A stretch of DNA of 40,933 nucleotides from a virus. Taxonomy: Duplodnaviria > Caudoviricetes. This document shows positions 33,058 through 40,933 of this stretch, one piece after another. The translations under genes and the position numbers were made by a program. The notes under the pieces are model-generated. The model ran no database searches. It was not told the origin of the DNA and was given only the letters and a program-made list of their open reading frames with translations. Each line of letters opens with the position of its first letter. Position 1 is the stretch's first letter. The stretch lies in IMG/VR virus record IMGVR_UViG_3300011339_000715, positions 1 to 40,933 of that record. The stretch is one strand, 5' to 3'.

Positions 33058-36000
33058 TACTGGGACTCCTGTTGAGGTTCTGCGCCTTGAGGCGTGAGGT
33101 AAAGTTTGATGAGCGTTTTGGCTTCTGGAAGCGTGTCCTTGTTCAGAGGACGAAGCAATTTAGCCATGAGATCCTTGTCTGTCATTGCTTCTAACAGAAT
33201 TGCTCTGGCTCTTCCAGATGGATCGCCAGAAACAGAAATCAGTTTATCTAGCAACTCTCCAGATGCTCTTGCAGCGGTTCCGGCAGCTCCATATCTCAAG
33301 TTGCCAGGAATCAATCCGTATCCAATTCTGCCAAATATCCCCAGTAAGTTTTTTGATTCTTTGTCAGCAAACTCCTGTGCTAACTGCGTGTTTAGGCTTG
33401 TTACAGACTGCCCAGCAGACGCTCGGCGAAATCGTTCCATTACCTCAAGCTGGCCTCTGAATACGTCAAGCATTCCAAGCTCTTTGCTGCCCCTTCCAAG
33501 CACTGTCTCAATTGCCTTGCGGGCGTCAGAATCAGCCGCAAGCATTCGGTTCATGGAAGCGTATGAAGTGGCAAAACTGTCTGTTGTTACAGTTGCGGTT
33601 GGGTTTTCAAGCGTTGAAACAACCTCTCCAAATCGAGCCATTTCTTTGCGCATGTATTCAAACATGGCGTTTTTGATACCTTCCTTAGCTTTGCCAGTGC
33701 TGTCTTTAGCAGCCGAACGCATTAGGTCTTTGGCAAACTGCTCCGGGTCTCCAGCCTCCATCATTTGAGTGATGGCATTCACAGGGCTTTTTCCAATAAC
33801 TTTAGAAGCAGCACTATCAACAATTTCTTTTTGTTTTTGCTTGAACTGTTCTTTTGCCTGAAATCTGGCGGTGCTAGCAATAGAAGCGGCTTCCTGTTCC
33901 GCAGGTTTAATCCCTTGTTTTTTGACTGCTTTTAATTCTTGCACAAAAGTGCGACGCCCTCTTTCTGCGGCTGAAACAGCTTCAGTGGCTTGGGTAACAT
34001 CTTTTGCAAAAGCATCAACTGATGCGCGGACTTCTGGAAAAACCTCTAGCCAGCCTTCAACATTTCGGTCTTTTAACCATTTGTTAAACCTTGCTGGAGT
34101 TGGATTTTCTCCCACTGATGTGGCTAGGTCATTAATGATCCAGTCCTGAACAGCTTGAAGTGCTTGAGGATCTTCTTTTAGAGCGGATCTGAATTGGTAT
34201 TGCAACTCCAATGGTTTTGACAAATAGGCGTCAATTGTCCTTGAGTCTTCGACCTTTCCAAAGCGCACAGCGTCTCCAACTTTTCCACCATACTTTTCTT
34301 TGTGAATCCTGTATTTCTGGTTTGCCGCAGCAATATCAGAGCTGATGTCTCCAAGAGCCTCAATGTCCTTTTCAAAGCCCTCTTTAACCATCTTCAGCAA
34401 GCGGATTTCGTTTGCGTCCACAGACGCTCCTATTTTGCCGTTGATAGCTGAAATACCAGACCTTAAATCCTGAACAGAAACGCTTGTTGGAACATCTTTT
34501 TTAGGCGCCAACTTAATCAGGACTTCCTTAATCTTTTCAGGCAGATCTCCAAAAAGTCCTGCTCCTTTAGGCCCAGCAGCTTGACGGGCTGCTTCCAGAG
34601 TGTTTTTGGCATCTGAAGTAAGCGTAGAAACTCGTTGTGATTCGTATGCTTTATCTACGTCTTTTAAGTCATCAACTCTTTCACGTTCCCAAACTCCTTT
34701 GACCAAAGTGCCTGCACGGTCGCGTTCTCCAGTTCTCGACGCAATTTTGATTCTAGCCGTTTCAAGGGCTTGCTTCATCGTGTCGAGCACATCCTCGGCA
34801 GTAGCAAGGTTCTGACTAGCCCGCTCTGCTGCTGCGCGCTCTGTTGCCAAAGCTGTCTCAATGATGCTTGCAGCCTGTTGGTCCCCTCTCCTAACAAATG
34901 CATCCCTGGCTGCAACGGCGTCATCACGAAGTTGCTGTGTTTGTTGTTGAAGGAATGCCTTGGCTTCTTGAAATGTTGCGCCGGACTGCTGAAGCGTTTC
35001 TCCAATGTTTCGTGAAACTGCTTCCCGGGATCTGGCTCGAACTTGACGCAATGATGCGTTGATATTTGCCAAAGCATTTCCCAACGAGATCAGCCCTTCA
35101 TTTCCCGTCAACTCGGGAGCCAAAGGAGTAATTCCTGCACCAGTTAATTCTGGCGCAGTTCTTTCAAGTCTCTGTGCGATCTCCTCAGGAACGCCTCCTG
35201 CTTGAGTGGCAAACTCTTGAGCGACTCGACGTGCTCCCTGCTGGGCGGCCTGTTCTGTCCGTAAGCCACGCTGAAGTAACTGCCCAACGGGTTGTTTTGG
35301 CTGAAGAAGGCCACCAGACACTGCGCCAACGATTGTGCGTTCCGTTCCACCGCCCATGGCTGCCGGAATAGCCCCTCCAATGGCAGATCCAAGAGCAACT
35401 GCGCCAATAGCGCCAAGATCGCCCGCAATGGCCCTTTGGAGAGTGTTTATAGCCGGCCTCATAGTGGCAAGCTGTGGAAGCGCTTCTCCTATTGCTCTTG
35501 AACCTCTAGCGCGAGCTTCGTCAAAAGCAGCCTGAGCCTGAGCAGCCTGCTGTTCTTGTGGCGTTTGAAATTCAGAAACAATCTCCTGTTGCGCGGCGCC
35601 ACCCAGCATTGCTCCACCGATAGCTCCAGGCAGCGCCATTGGCCCCATCAGTGACCCGGCAGCACCACCAGCAATACCTCCAATTGTTGGTCCAACTTGA
35701 CTTACTGCGCCGCGAGCAGCGGCACCAATCATGGATGGCTCCATTTCCTGTTTATACTGTTCCCAGATAGGAGCCAGCACAGGATACTGTTGTGCATCGA
35801 GTGTGGCAGTAGGACTCAGGCCACCAGATGCCACTTCCTTGTTTAGCACGTCACGAATTGAGCCAGTGCGCTCAAGCTGACCATAAATAGCCTGCACATT
35901 TGACTCTGTAGGAGCACCACCCTGTGGCGACTTGATCTTTAACAGATCAGCAGCCAGTTCAGGTGGAGGAACAAGGTCAGCAAGCGTTGCTCCTACTTGT

Positions 36001-36197
36001 TCAGGAGGACGGCCAGCAAACTCGATAGGTTGTTCAAGTGCCCCGGGCTGTTCAATGGGAAGCTGATCCGTAGCAGGCCCAGCAGTGGGCTGTGAACGCA
36101 TCTGGCGAATTGTGTCAGCAAATACCTTGGCATCAGCAGCATTCCCTGCGGCGTCAGCCTTAATTAGTGCTGCGCTGAGTTCTTCAATGGTAGCCAT
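33057..36197 (-). CDS. Large DNA ejection protein (P22 gp16 position)
   Basis: 1046 aa, helical, Ala/Gly-rich hydrophobic segments; synteny. Confidence 0.75.
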   Translation of the reverse strand: MATIEELSAALIKADAAGNAADAKVFADTIRQMRSQPTAGPATDQLPIEQPGALEQPIEFAGRPPEQVGATLADLVPPPELAADLLKIKSPQGGAPTESNVQAIYGQLERTGSIRDVLNKEVASGGLSPTATLDAQQYPVLAPIWEQYKQEMEPSMIGAAARGAVSQVGPTIGGIAGGAAGSLMGPMALPGAIGGAMLGGAAQQEIVSEFQTPQEQQAAQAQAAFDEARARGSRAIGEALPQLATMRPAINTLQRAIAGDLGAIGAVALGSAIGGAIPAAMGGGTERTIVGAVSGGLLQPKQPVGQLLQRGLRTEQAAQQGARRVAQEFATQAGGVPEEIAQRLERTAPELTGAGITPLAPELTGNEGLISLGNALANINASLRQVRARSREAVSRNIGETLQQSGATFQEAKAFLQQQTQQLRDDAVAARDAFVRRGDQQAASIIETALATERAAAERASQNLATAEDVLDTMKQALETARIKIASRTGERDRAGTLVKGVWERERVDDLKDVDKAYESQRVSTLTSDAKNTLEAARQAAGPKGAGLFGDLPEKIKEVLIKLAPKKDVPTSVSVQDLRSGISAINGKIGASVDANEIRLLKMVKEGFEKDIEALGDISSDIAAANQKYRIHKEKYGGKVGDAVRFGKVEDSRTIDAYLSKPLELQYQFRSALKEDPQALQAVQDWIINDLATSVGENPTPARFNKWLKDRNVEGWLEVFPEVRASVDAFAKDVTQATEAVSAAERGRRTFVQELKAVKKQGIKPAEQEAASIASTARFQAKEQFKQKQKEIVDSAASKVIGKSPVNAITQMMEAGDPEQFAKDLMRSAAKDSTGKAKEGIKNAMFEYMRKEMARFGEVVSTLENPTATVTTDSFATSYASMNRMLAADSDARKAIETVLGRGSKELGMLDVFRGQLEVMERFRRASAGQSVTSLNTQLAQEFADKESKNLLGIFGRIGYGLIPGNLRYGAAGTAARASGELLDKLISVSGDPSGRARAILLEAMTDKDLMAKLLRPLNKDTLPEAKTLIKLYLTPQGAEPQQESQ

Positions 36198-37807
36198 TAG
36201 CGGTACTTGTTAAGCAGTACGTCAATACTTGTGCCTACACCAGCTTGGTCCGGCATAAAATTCTGGTCTAGCTTGTTGCCCTCTTTGTTCCACCAAGCAT
36301 TAAATGCTGATCCCTTTTTGATTGGAGCCCCAAAAACTGAAAACTCTTTTAGAGCACTTCCAGCACTGCCTGCATTCTGGGATACCCAAGCAAGTTTTGC
36401 TTCATTGTATCGAGACGCATAATCTGAAAGGCGAGCCATTGCTTCAACACCCTTTCTAAATTGCTTGGGGTTTGCGTCCTTAGACATAACTCCCTCTTGA
36501 GCAAACCTACGGTCAGCATCAGATGCGCTGCCAGGGGGAAGAGACTTAATAACTTCCGAGTTCGCAAGTTTTTGATACTCTTTTCTTAGCATTGACACAT
36601 CATTACTAAGCAAAGGAATTTTGTCTTTTACATATTGCCAAATTGCCCCTTTAACAGTATTTGGAATCTGAACCTCACCAGAGTCAATTTTTTCCAGTAT
36701 TGTTCTTGCGGCATCTGCTGACTGTCGGTTTGTGATAGAGGCATCACTCAGTTCTTTGGCAAATTTATTTGTGGATGCAAATATCTTCATCTTCTCATCT
36801 CTAGTCTGATCCAGCTTTTGCTGGATCTCTTTGATCTGAAGTTTTTCCTTTTCAATATCCAGTTCGCCCTTTTTCAGCTTTTGAGCACGTTCTTCTTCAT
36901 CTACTTCCTTGCCCTTGTTGGCGCCACCGGGCTTAGTCTGGTCGCTAAACTCCTTAACAATCTTCAGCGTATCTTCAGCCAGCCTTGGATCTCCAACCAA
37001 ACCCGCTGCGTTTACAACATTCAGTGCCAATGCTTCTTTTGGAAGATTTGGATCTTGATCAATTAGATCCACGATCTTTCCAAAAGAATTAGAGACAGCT
37101 TTTGCAGCAGGACTTGAGTCTTTGCTGTTGATCAAAGCCTGTTGCACTTCTGCTGCTGCCTTTCTTGCTTCGCCCATGTTTCCAGCAAATGCAGCGTTTA
37201 CTGCGTTAATCATCCCGCTCTTTGCAGCGGACTGAAACTGGGGGGTCATTGCAAGGAAGCTCTGCTGGAACTGCTGCTGTTCTGGACCTTTAAGCAGGGT
37301 CTGCCTGTTTGACCAGCCACGAATGTCATTTGCAGTGATTTCCTTGCCTTCTTTTAATGCTGTATCGACCTCTCTGTTTACACGAATCTGTTCTGCCTTG
37401 CCGATGTTCTCAACAGCGGTAGTATCCAGAAGTGGCAGAATAGGAATTAGATCTTCTACTGTTTTTGTTTTGTCGTTGGCGTAGCCTTGAAGCGTTGATG
37501 AAATCAATTGCTTATCAGCAAGAGCAAGTTTTGCTCCGGTAGTTTGAACGCCAAGAAGGTTTGTCGCCGCGCCAGACTGAGCAGTGCTAGCCCTCTGCGC
37601 AGCAATAGCAGCTTCGAGCTTCTGCTTTTCAAGCGGCTGTAACTCCTGGGCAAACTGAGCCTGCTGGGCCTGAATGCCAGCCTGCTGCTGCTGAATAGCA
37701 CTTTGCTGCTCCATCTGCTGGAGTTGCCGAATACCCATCAAGCTCTGAAGAAAGTTCTGAGCCGGGGGCTGCGGAATGTTGATCGAGTAATCGTAAGGTC
37801 CGGCCAT
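36197..37807 (-). CDS. DNA ejection protein (P22 gp20 position)
   Basis: Gln-rich N-terminus; LPPGSASDADRRFA motif; synteny. Confidence 0.78.
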   Translation of the reverse strand: MAGPYDYSINIPQPPAQNFLQSLMGIRQLQQMEQQSAIQQQQAGIQAQQAQFAQELQPLEKQKLEAAIAAQRASTAQSGAATNLLGVQTTGAKLALADKQLISSTLQGYANDKTKTVEDLIPILPLLDTTAVENIGKAEQIRVNREVDTALKEGKEITANDIRGWSNRQTLLKGPEQQQFQQSFLAMTPQFQSAAKSGMINAVNAAFAGNMGEARKAAAEVQQALINSKDSSPAAKAVSNSFGKIVDLIDQDPNLPKEALALNVVNAAGLVGDPRLAEDTLKIVKEFSDQTKPGGANKGKEVDEEERAQKLKKGELDIEKEKLQIKEIQQKLDQTRDEKMKIFASTNKFAKELSDASITNRQSADAARTILEKIDSGEVQIPNTVKGAIWQYVKDKIPLLSNDVSMLRKEYQKLANSEVIKSLPPGSASDADRRFAQEGVMSKDANPKQFRKGVEAMARLSDYASRYNEAKLAWVSQNAGSAGSALKEFSVFGAPIKKGSAFNAWWNKEGNKLDQNFMPDQAGVGTSIDVLLNKYR

Positions 37808-37812
37808 AAAAA

Positions 37813-38685
37813 TTATTGTTGCATGTAGAACCCGCCTGGCGCACCTGGCCCAATCGGCGCCTGATAAGCAATAGGAGCGCCTCCGTACATTTGCTGCGCC
37901 TGTTGATAGCTTCCTGCAAATCCACCAGTGCCAATTCCAGAAGACATCGTTGGCCGGCTAGCCTGCTGCATTGAAAATAAATTTTGGCCCAGATTTCCAA
38001 TCGAAGTTGCGGCTCCAGTTAATCCTTGGATCTGAGCATTTGCGGCCCCAGTTATGCCAGCAGCCTGTGCCGCCCCGATGCCCGTCTTTAAGTTTGCAAT
38101 GTTAGCTCCTCTTTGTTGCTCGGCTGTAGCAAGGCCGCTAGCCATTTGCTGTCCTATGCCAAGCAAATTCTGCGCAGCAGTTCCACCCATGCCTGTTAAT
38201 CCAGCCAGTTTTCCGTACTGAGATTCAATAAGCTGATTAAGCAGCGCAGGACGAAACTGGCCTAAAGCGGCCTGCACATTCCCGCCTCGAAGTCCTCCGG
38301 TCGCAGCAGCATTCTGAAGAATGCCTTGCTCGCCTTGCCGGGCTAATTCTTGGAACTGTGCGCCCTGTTGGATCTGCCCAATCGCAGCCTGTTGCTCACC
38401 GGCTCCGCGAAGCCCTAAAAGCCCTTGCATTCCTTGCAGAGCTTGTCCACCTGCTTGAATGTATGGTTGTGTTAAGCCAGGGCTTCCAGCCGCCATGTAA
38501 GGAGAAAGGATTCTGTAAATAGCTCGAAGCGATTCTTCTGTGTTGGCAATTGCACCTTCAGAAGCTGCTGCCTGTGCGCGAGCAGCCCCCTTTGCCGCCT
38601 TGGCGCCTTTTGAGCCTGAATACAATGATGTTCCAGCGCCCAGTAATGCACCGCCACCTACAATCCCAGTTAATGGATCTGGCAT
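37813..38685 (-). CDS. DNA ejection protein (P22 gp7-like)
   Basis: Gly/Ala/Gln-rich; QNAAATGGLRGGNVQAAL; LSPYMAAG. Confidence 0.82.
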   Translation of the reverse strand: MPDPLTGIVGGGALLGAGTSLYSGSKGAKAAKGAARAQAAASEGAIANTEESLRAIYRILSPYMAAGSPGLTQPYIQAGGQALQGMQGLLGLRGAGEQQAAIGQIQQGAQFQELARQGEQGILQNAAATGGLRGGNVQAALGQFRPALLNQLIESQYGKLAGLTGMGGTAAQNLLGIGQQMASGLATAEQQRGANIANLKTGIGAAQAAGITGAANAQIQGLTGAATSIGNLGQNLFSMQQASRPTMSSGIGTGGFAGSYQQAQQMYGGAPIAYQAPIGPGAPGGFYMQQ

Positions 38686-39128
38686 ACAAACTCCTTTCGA
38701 TAAGTCTCAAAATCTTCTCCGTACAATTTCATTACATCAAAGGAAAAATCAGTAGCAATTTCGACTCCATGACAAATTTGAACTGCAATCATGCACAAAT
38801 CATAGAACCCAGCCCTCCATGCAAACGACATTTCATCAGCTTTTCCAATTCGTTCAGCAGCATCACTTCCCTGCCATTTAAGAATAGTTAGTGCAACCAC
38901 AGGCAAAAGAGTCGCAGAGTTTGCTGTAAAGAAGTGATTTAGTGGCATAGCTATAAGTGTGTTCCAGATACACTTATTTAGTTCTTGGCGAGACACTTGA
39001 TCGCCGTCTGCGACATCATCAAATACTTGAGTCACCTGAAAAAACATTAGCAGCCATTCGACGGCAGGAGCAGGCAACTGGAAGTGTTCTTCCAGATGCT
39101 GCTTCAGTGATGTCAAGCGCTCATCCAT
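38670..39128 (-). CDS. Helical protein with QVFDDVADGD (DDxxD) motif at the P22 gp14 position
   Basis: Coupled ORF; motif visible; function unknown. Confidence 0.75.
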   Translation of the reverse strand: MDERLTSLKQHLEEHFQLPAPAVEWLLMFFQVTQVFDDVADGDQVSRQELNKCIWNTLIAMPLNHFFTANSATLLPVVALTILKWQGSDAAERIGKADEMSFAWRAGFYDLCMIAVQICHGVEIATDFSFDVMKLYGEDFETYRKEFVCQIH

Positions 39129-39463
39129 TAGGTAATCTCCCTCCCGGAGGCAGTAATGGTCAAAGACGTAGCAGCGCCGGCCAGTGTCGAGATGAACCCG
39201 CCGGCTTCGAGCACTTGGCCTACCAGTTCAGGACACTGGTAAGTCTCTGCCGGCACAATGGTCCGGGTCTTCAAAATCAGGTTAGAGTTACTAGCAGATC
39301 CCCCAACAGGAATGAGGTTCGTGCTAAACGTCACGTTGGTCGTGTTCGTGTTAGTTACCGTGAACTTGTCGATAATCGTCTTGCAGGCCACAGCGGTGTA
39401 CTGCGCAGTCTGAGCAGCTTCAGCCTGCTTTGGAGGAATAATGTTTTTGACTGTAACGGCCAT
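39128..39463 (-). CDS. Small virion protein, variant copy of 332..667
   Basis: 109 of 111 aa identical by inspection. Confidence 0.8.
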   Translation of the reverse strand: MAVTVKNIIPPKQAEAAQTAQYTAVACKTIIDKFTVTNTNTTNVTFSTNLIPVGGSASNSNLILKTRTIVPAETYQCPELVGQVLEAGGFISTLAGAATSLTITASGREIT

Positions 39464-39465
39464 GG

Positions 39466-40251
39466 CTAGGAAATGTTATCGGTAACAGTGAGAATCAGCG
39501 AGGGAATACTGGGAGCTGGTGGGGTCGCTGCCGAAGCGTGAATCTGGCAATCAATATCATCTGTGGACCACATGATCTCAAAGTAATCTTCCAACCCAAG
39601 TTGGACCACATAGTTCCAAGCAGCAATGGATTCTCCGTTGTTGCCTTGAATGCGAATCTTACCCGCAGACGCTGGCAAGTCAACTCCGTTGATCCTTAGC
39701 CAAATATAAACAAGCCCAACTCCACCGCTTGTTTTTAACAACTGAGCAGAAAACTGAATGTTGTAAACTCCCTCGGTGTCCACATACACGCGAGATGTTG
39801 GAGTGCCAACTCTGACTCCAAAAGACAGGTCAGTGACATCAAGAGTCATTCCATACGCCGTGTTGATGACTGCGGCAGTCTGCGTAATGTTTGATTGGAA
39901 CGCTCCATACCGCTTGCGCTTGTTCTGCTCGAACACGGGAGGCAAAATCTGCTCTTGCACGGCCTGTGTCACTACTGGAGGAGCAATATCGACGTTCTGA
40001 ACTTGTAACGGCCTCACAGGAGCCAGCGCAAGCAGCTCAACTGCATCAGCCAACCTAGTGATAGCCGAGACTGCCTGCTGTGCCCTAGAATCCGCATTCT
40101 GTGCGTTTATCGAGACTTCTTCAACCAGAGACGCATTCGAGTCTAGGCTAGACGGGATCAGGTCAAATAATTGCTCAAAAGCTCGAATCGCACGCTGCGA
40201 AGGCAAGAACTCAGCCAGTTCATTTCGAGTGATCTTGAAAGGGCCGGTCAT
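39466..40251 (-). CDS. Putative tail needle-like protein, variant copy of 670..1455
   Basis: Same length, scattered substitutions. Confidence 0.6.
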   Translation of the reverse strand: MTGPFKITRNELAEFLPSQRAIRAFEQLFDLIPSSLDSNASLVEEVSINAQNADSRAQQAVSAITRLADAVELLALAPVRPLQVQNVDIAPPVVTQAVQEQILPPVFEQNKRKRYGAFQSNITQTAAVINTAYGMTLDVTDLSFGVRVGTPTSRVYVDTEGVYNIQFSAQLLKTSGGVGLVYIWLRINGVDLPASAGKIRIQGNNGESIAAWNYVVQLGLEDYFEIMWSTDDIDCQIHASAATPPAPSIPSLILTVTDNIS

Positions 40252-40933
40252 ACAAAGAGCGGTTCAACTCTGGCCTCAAGTCTAGCAACAGAAAGCTGGG
40301 CGTCGCTTGTACCCCGAAACTTCTGCGCTCTCCACTGCCTCATGCGTCCCTGCTGAAGCCAAGACAACCGCTTGCCACGCACGCCGGTCAAGCCAGCCTT
40401 GCACACACGTTCTTGACTCCAGGTCAAGCCGTCCTCGGTGTACGAGGTCCAGATACTGGGATCCGCACCAAAGATCGAGTTGCCGGTCAAGGCAATCAGT
40501 TCCATTTCGTGGAAGATCACTCCTCGGCTTTCGTTGTAAGTAATGATTGTCGCAAACTCCCAGCCATTCAAGGCGCCCCAGTGCGAAGAGAGTGCGTCAT
40601 CAAGGTAACCAAAAGCCGTGCTAGTAGGATCACCCACGTTCCAGCGGTTGTACGCCCATACCAGATTGCGAGCACGATACTGGCCGTCTCCAACAATGCT
40701 AGTAGCAAGAGTAAACCATACTGGACCTTGAGTGGCACTGGTTGCAGCGGCATCAAATACCAGCGTCTGATTTGGCAAGTGGATGTACAGGTGACGATAC
40801 CCCTTGTCTACGCGAGACTCGACAAGCACGTCGGTAAGTTCCTCTTCAGTAAGCTCAGTCAACAGCAGGTCAATTTCCCGAGTGGCAATGCGTTGCGCGT
40901 TACTGCCAGTGATTAGCCAGACTGAAGGAGCCT
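40248..40933 (-). CDS. gp10-like tail hub protein, partial variant copy (5' end cut by window edge)
   Basis: Matches the C-terminal part of 1452..2855. Confidence 0.85.
   Translation of the reverse strand, partial: APSVWLITGSNAQRIATREIDLLLTELTEEELTDVLVESRVDKGYRHLYIHLPNQTLVFDAAATSATQGPVWFTLATSIVGDGQYRARNLVWAYNRWNVGDPTSTAFGYLDDALSSHWGALNGWEFATIITYNESRGVIFHEMELIALTGNSIFGADPSIWTSYTEDGLTWSQERVCKAGLTGVRGKRLSWLQQGRMRQWRAQKFRGTSDAQLSVARLEARVEPLFV

Larger units (their letters stand above)
1..40933. mobile_element. Complete-looking P22-like (podovirus-type) phage genome, unit length 38,796 bp, plus 2,137 bp terminal overlap
   Basis: Terminase-portal-scaffold-coat-gp4-gp10-ejection-tailspike order, lysis and replication modules, no host housekeeping genes, ends overlap. 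Confidence 0.95.
38797..40933 (+). repeat. Terminal direct repeat, copy 2 (imperfect)
   Basis: Matches 1..2137. Confidence 0.97.

Noticed and set aside
1-40933. Integrated prophage, tRNA genes or stop-codon recoding
   Set aside because: No integrase or host flanks, no cloverleaf with a T-loop consensus noticed, and genes are intact in the standard code using all three stops.
38797-40933. True tandem duplication of tail genes
   Set aside because: Both copies are cut at the window edges and close the circle at one genome length, which fits terminal overlap.

Overview
The window is an apparently complete genome of a short-tailed dsDNA phage with P22-like morphogenesis gene order. The unit length is 38,796 bp: 1..2137 recurs without indels at 38797..40933, but with many, mostly synonymous, substitutions. 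Almost all genes are on the - strand. In order they are: terS, three small genes, terL, portal, scaffold, P22-type coat, gp4-like adaptor, a nine-gene fibre/small-protein insert, gp10-like hub, a gene in the needle position, a DDxxD protein, three ejection proteins, two tailspikes, holin-like genes, a metallophosphoesterase, an endolysin, a Cro-like regulator, a recombination module (Cas4-like nuclease, RuvC-like resolvase, RecT-like annealase, SSB-like protein), a DnaB-N/AAA helicase and an initiator with internal iterons. A short + strand block (16.6-20 kb) holds small early-type genes. I found no integrase, CI repressor, DNA polymerase, primase, RNR, tRNA or CRISPR array. The most notable non-coding signals are three. 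First, a tandem NrdR-box-like pair 31 bp apart in a phage with no RNR (a possible host-repressor decoy or dNTP-sensing switch). Second, a twice-repeated, covarying pseudoknot-like RNA motif upstream of genes. Third, several leaderless sigma70-type promoters, one embedded in the coat terminator. All product calls come from motif recognition and synteny, not database searches.
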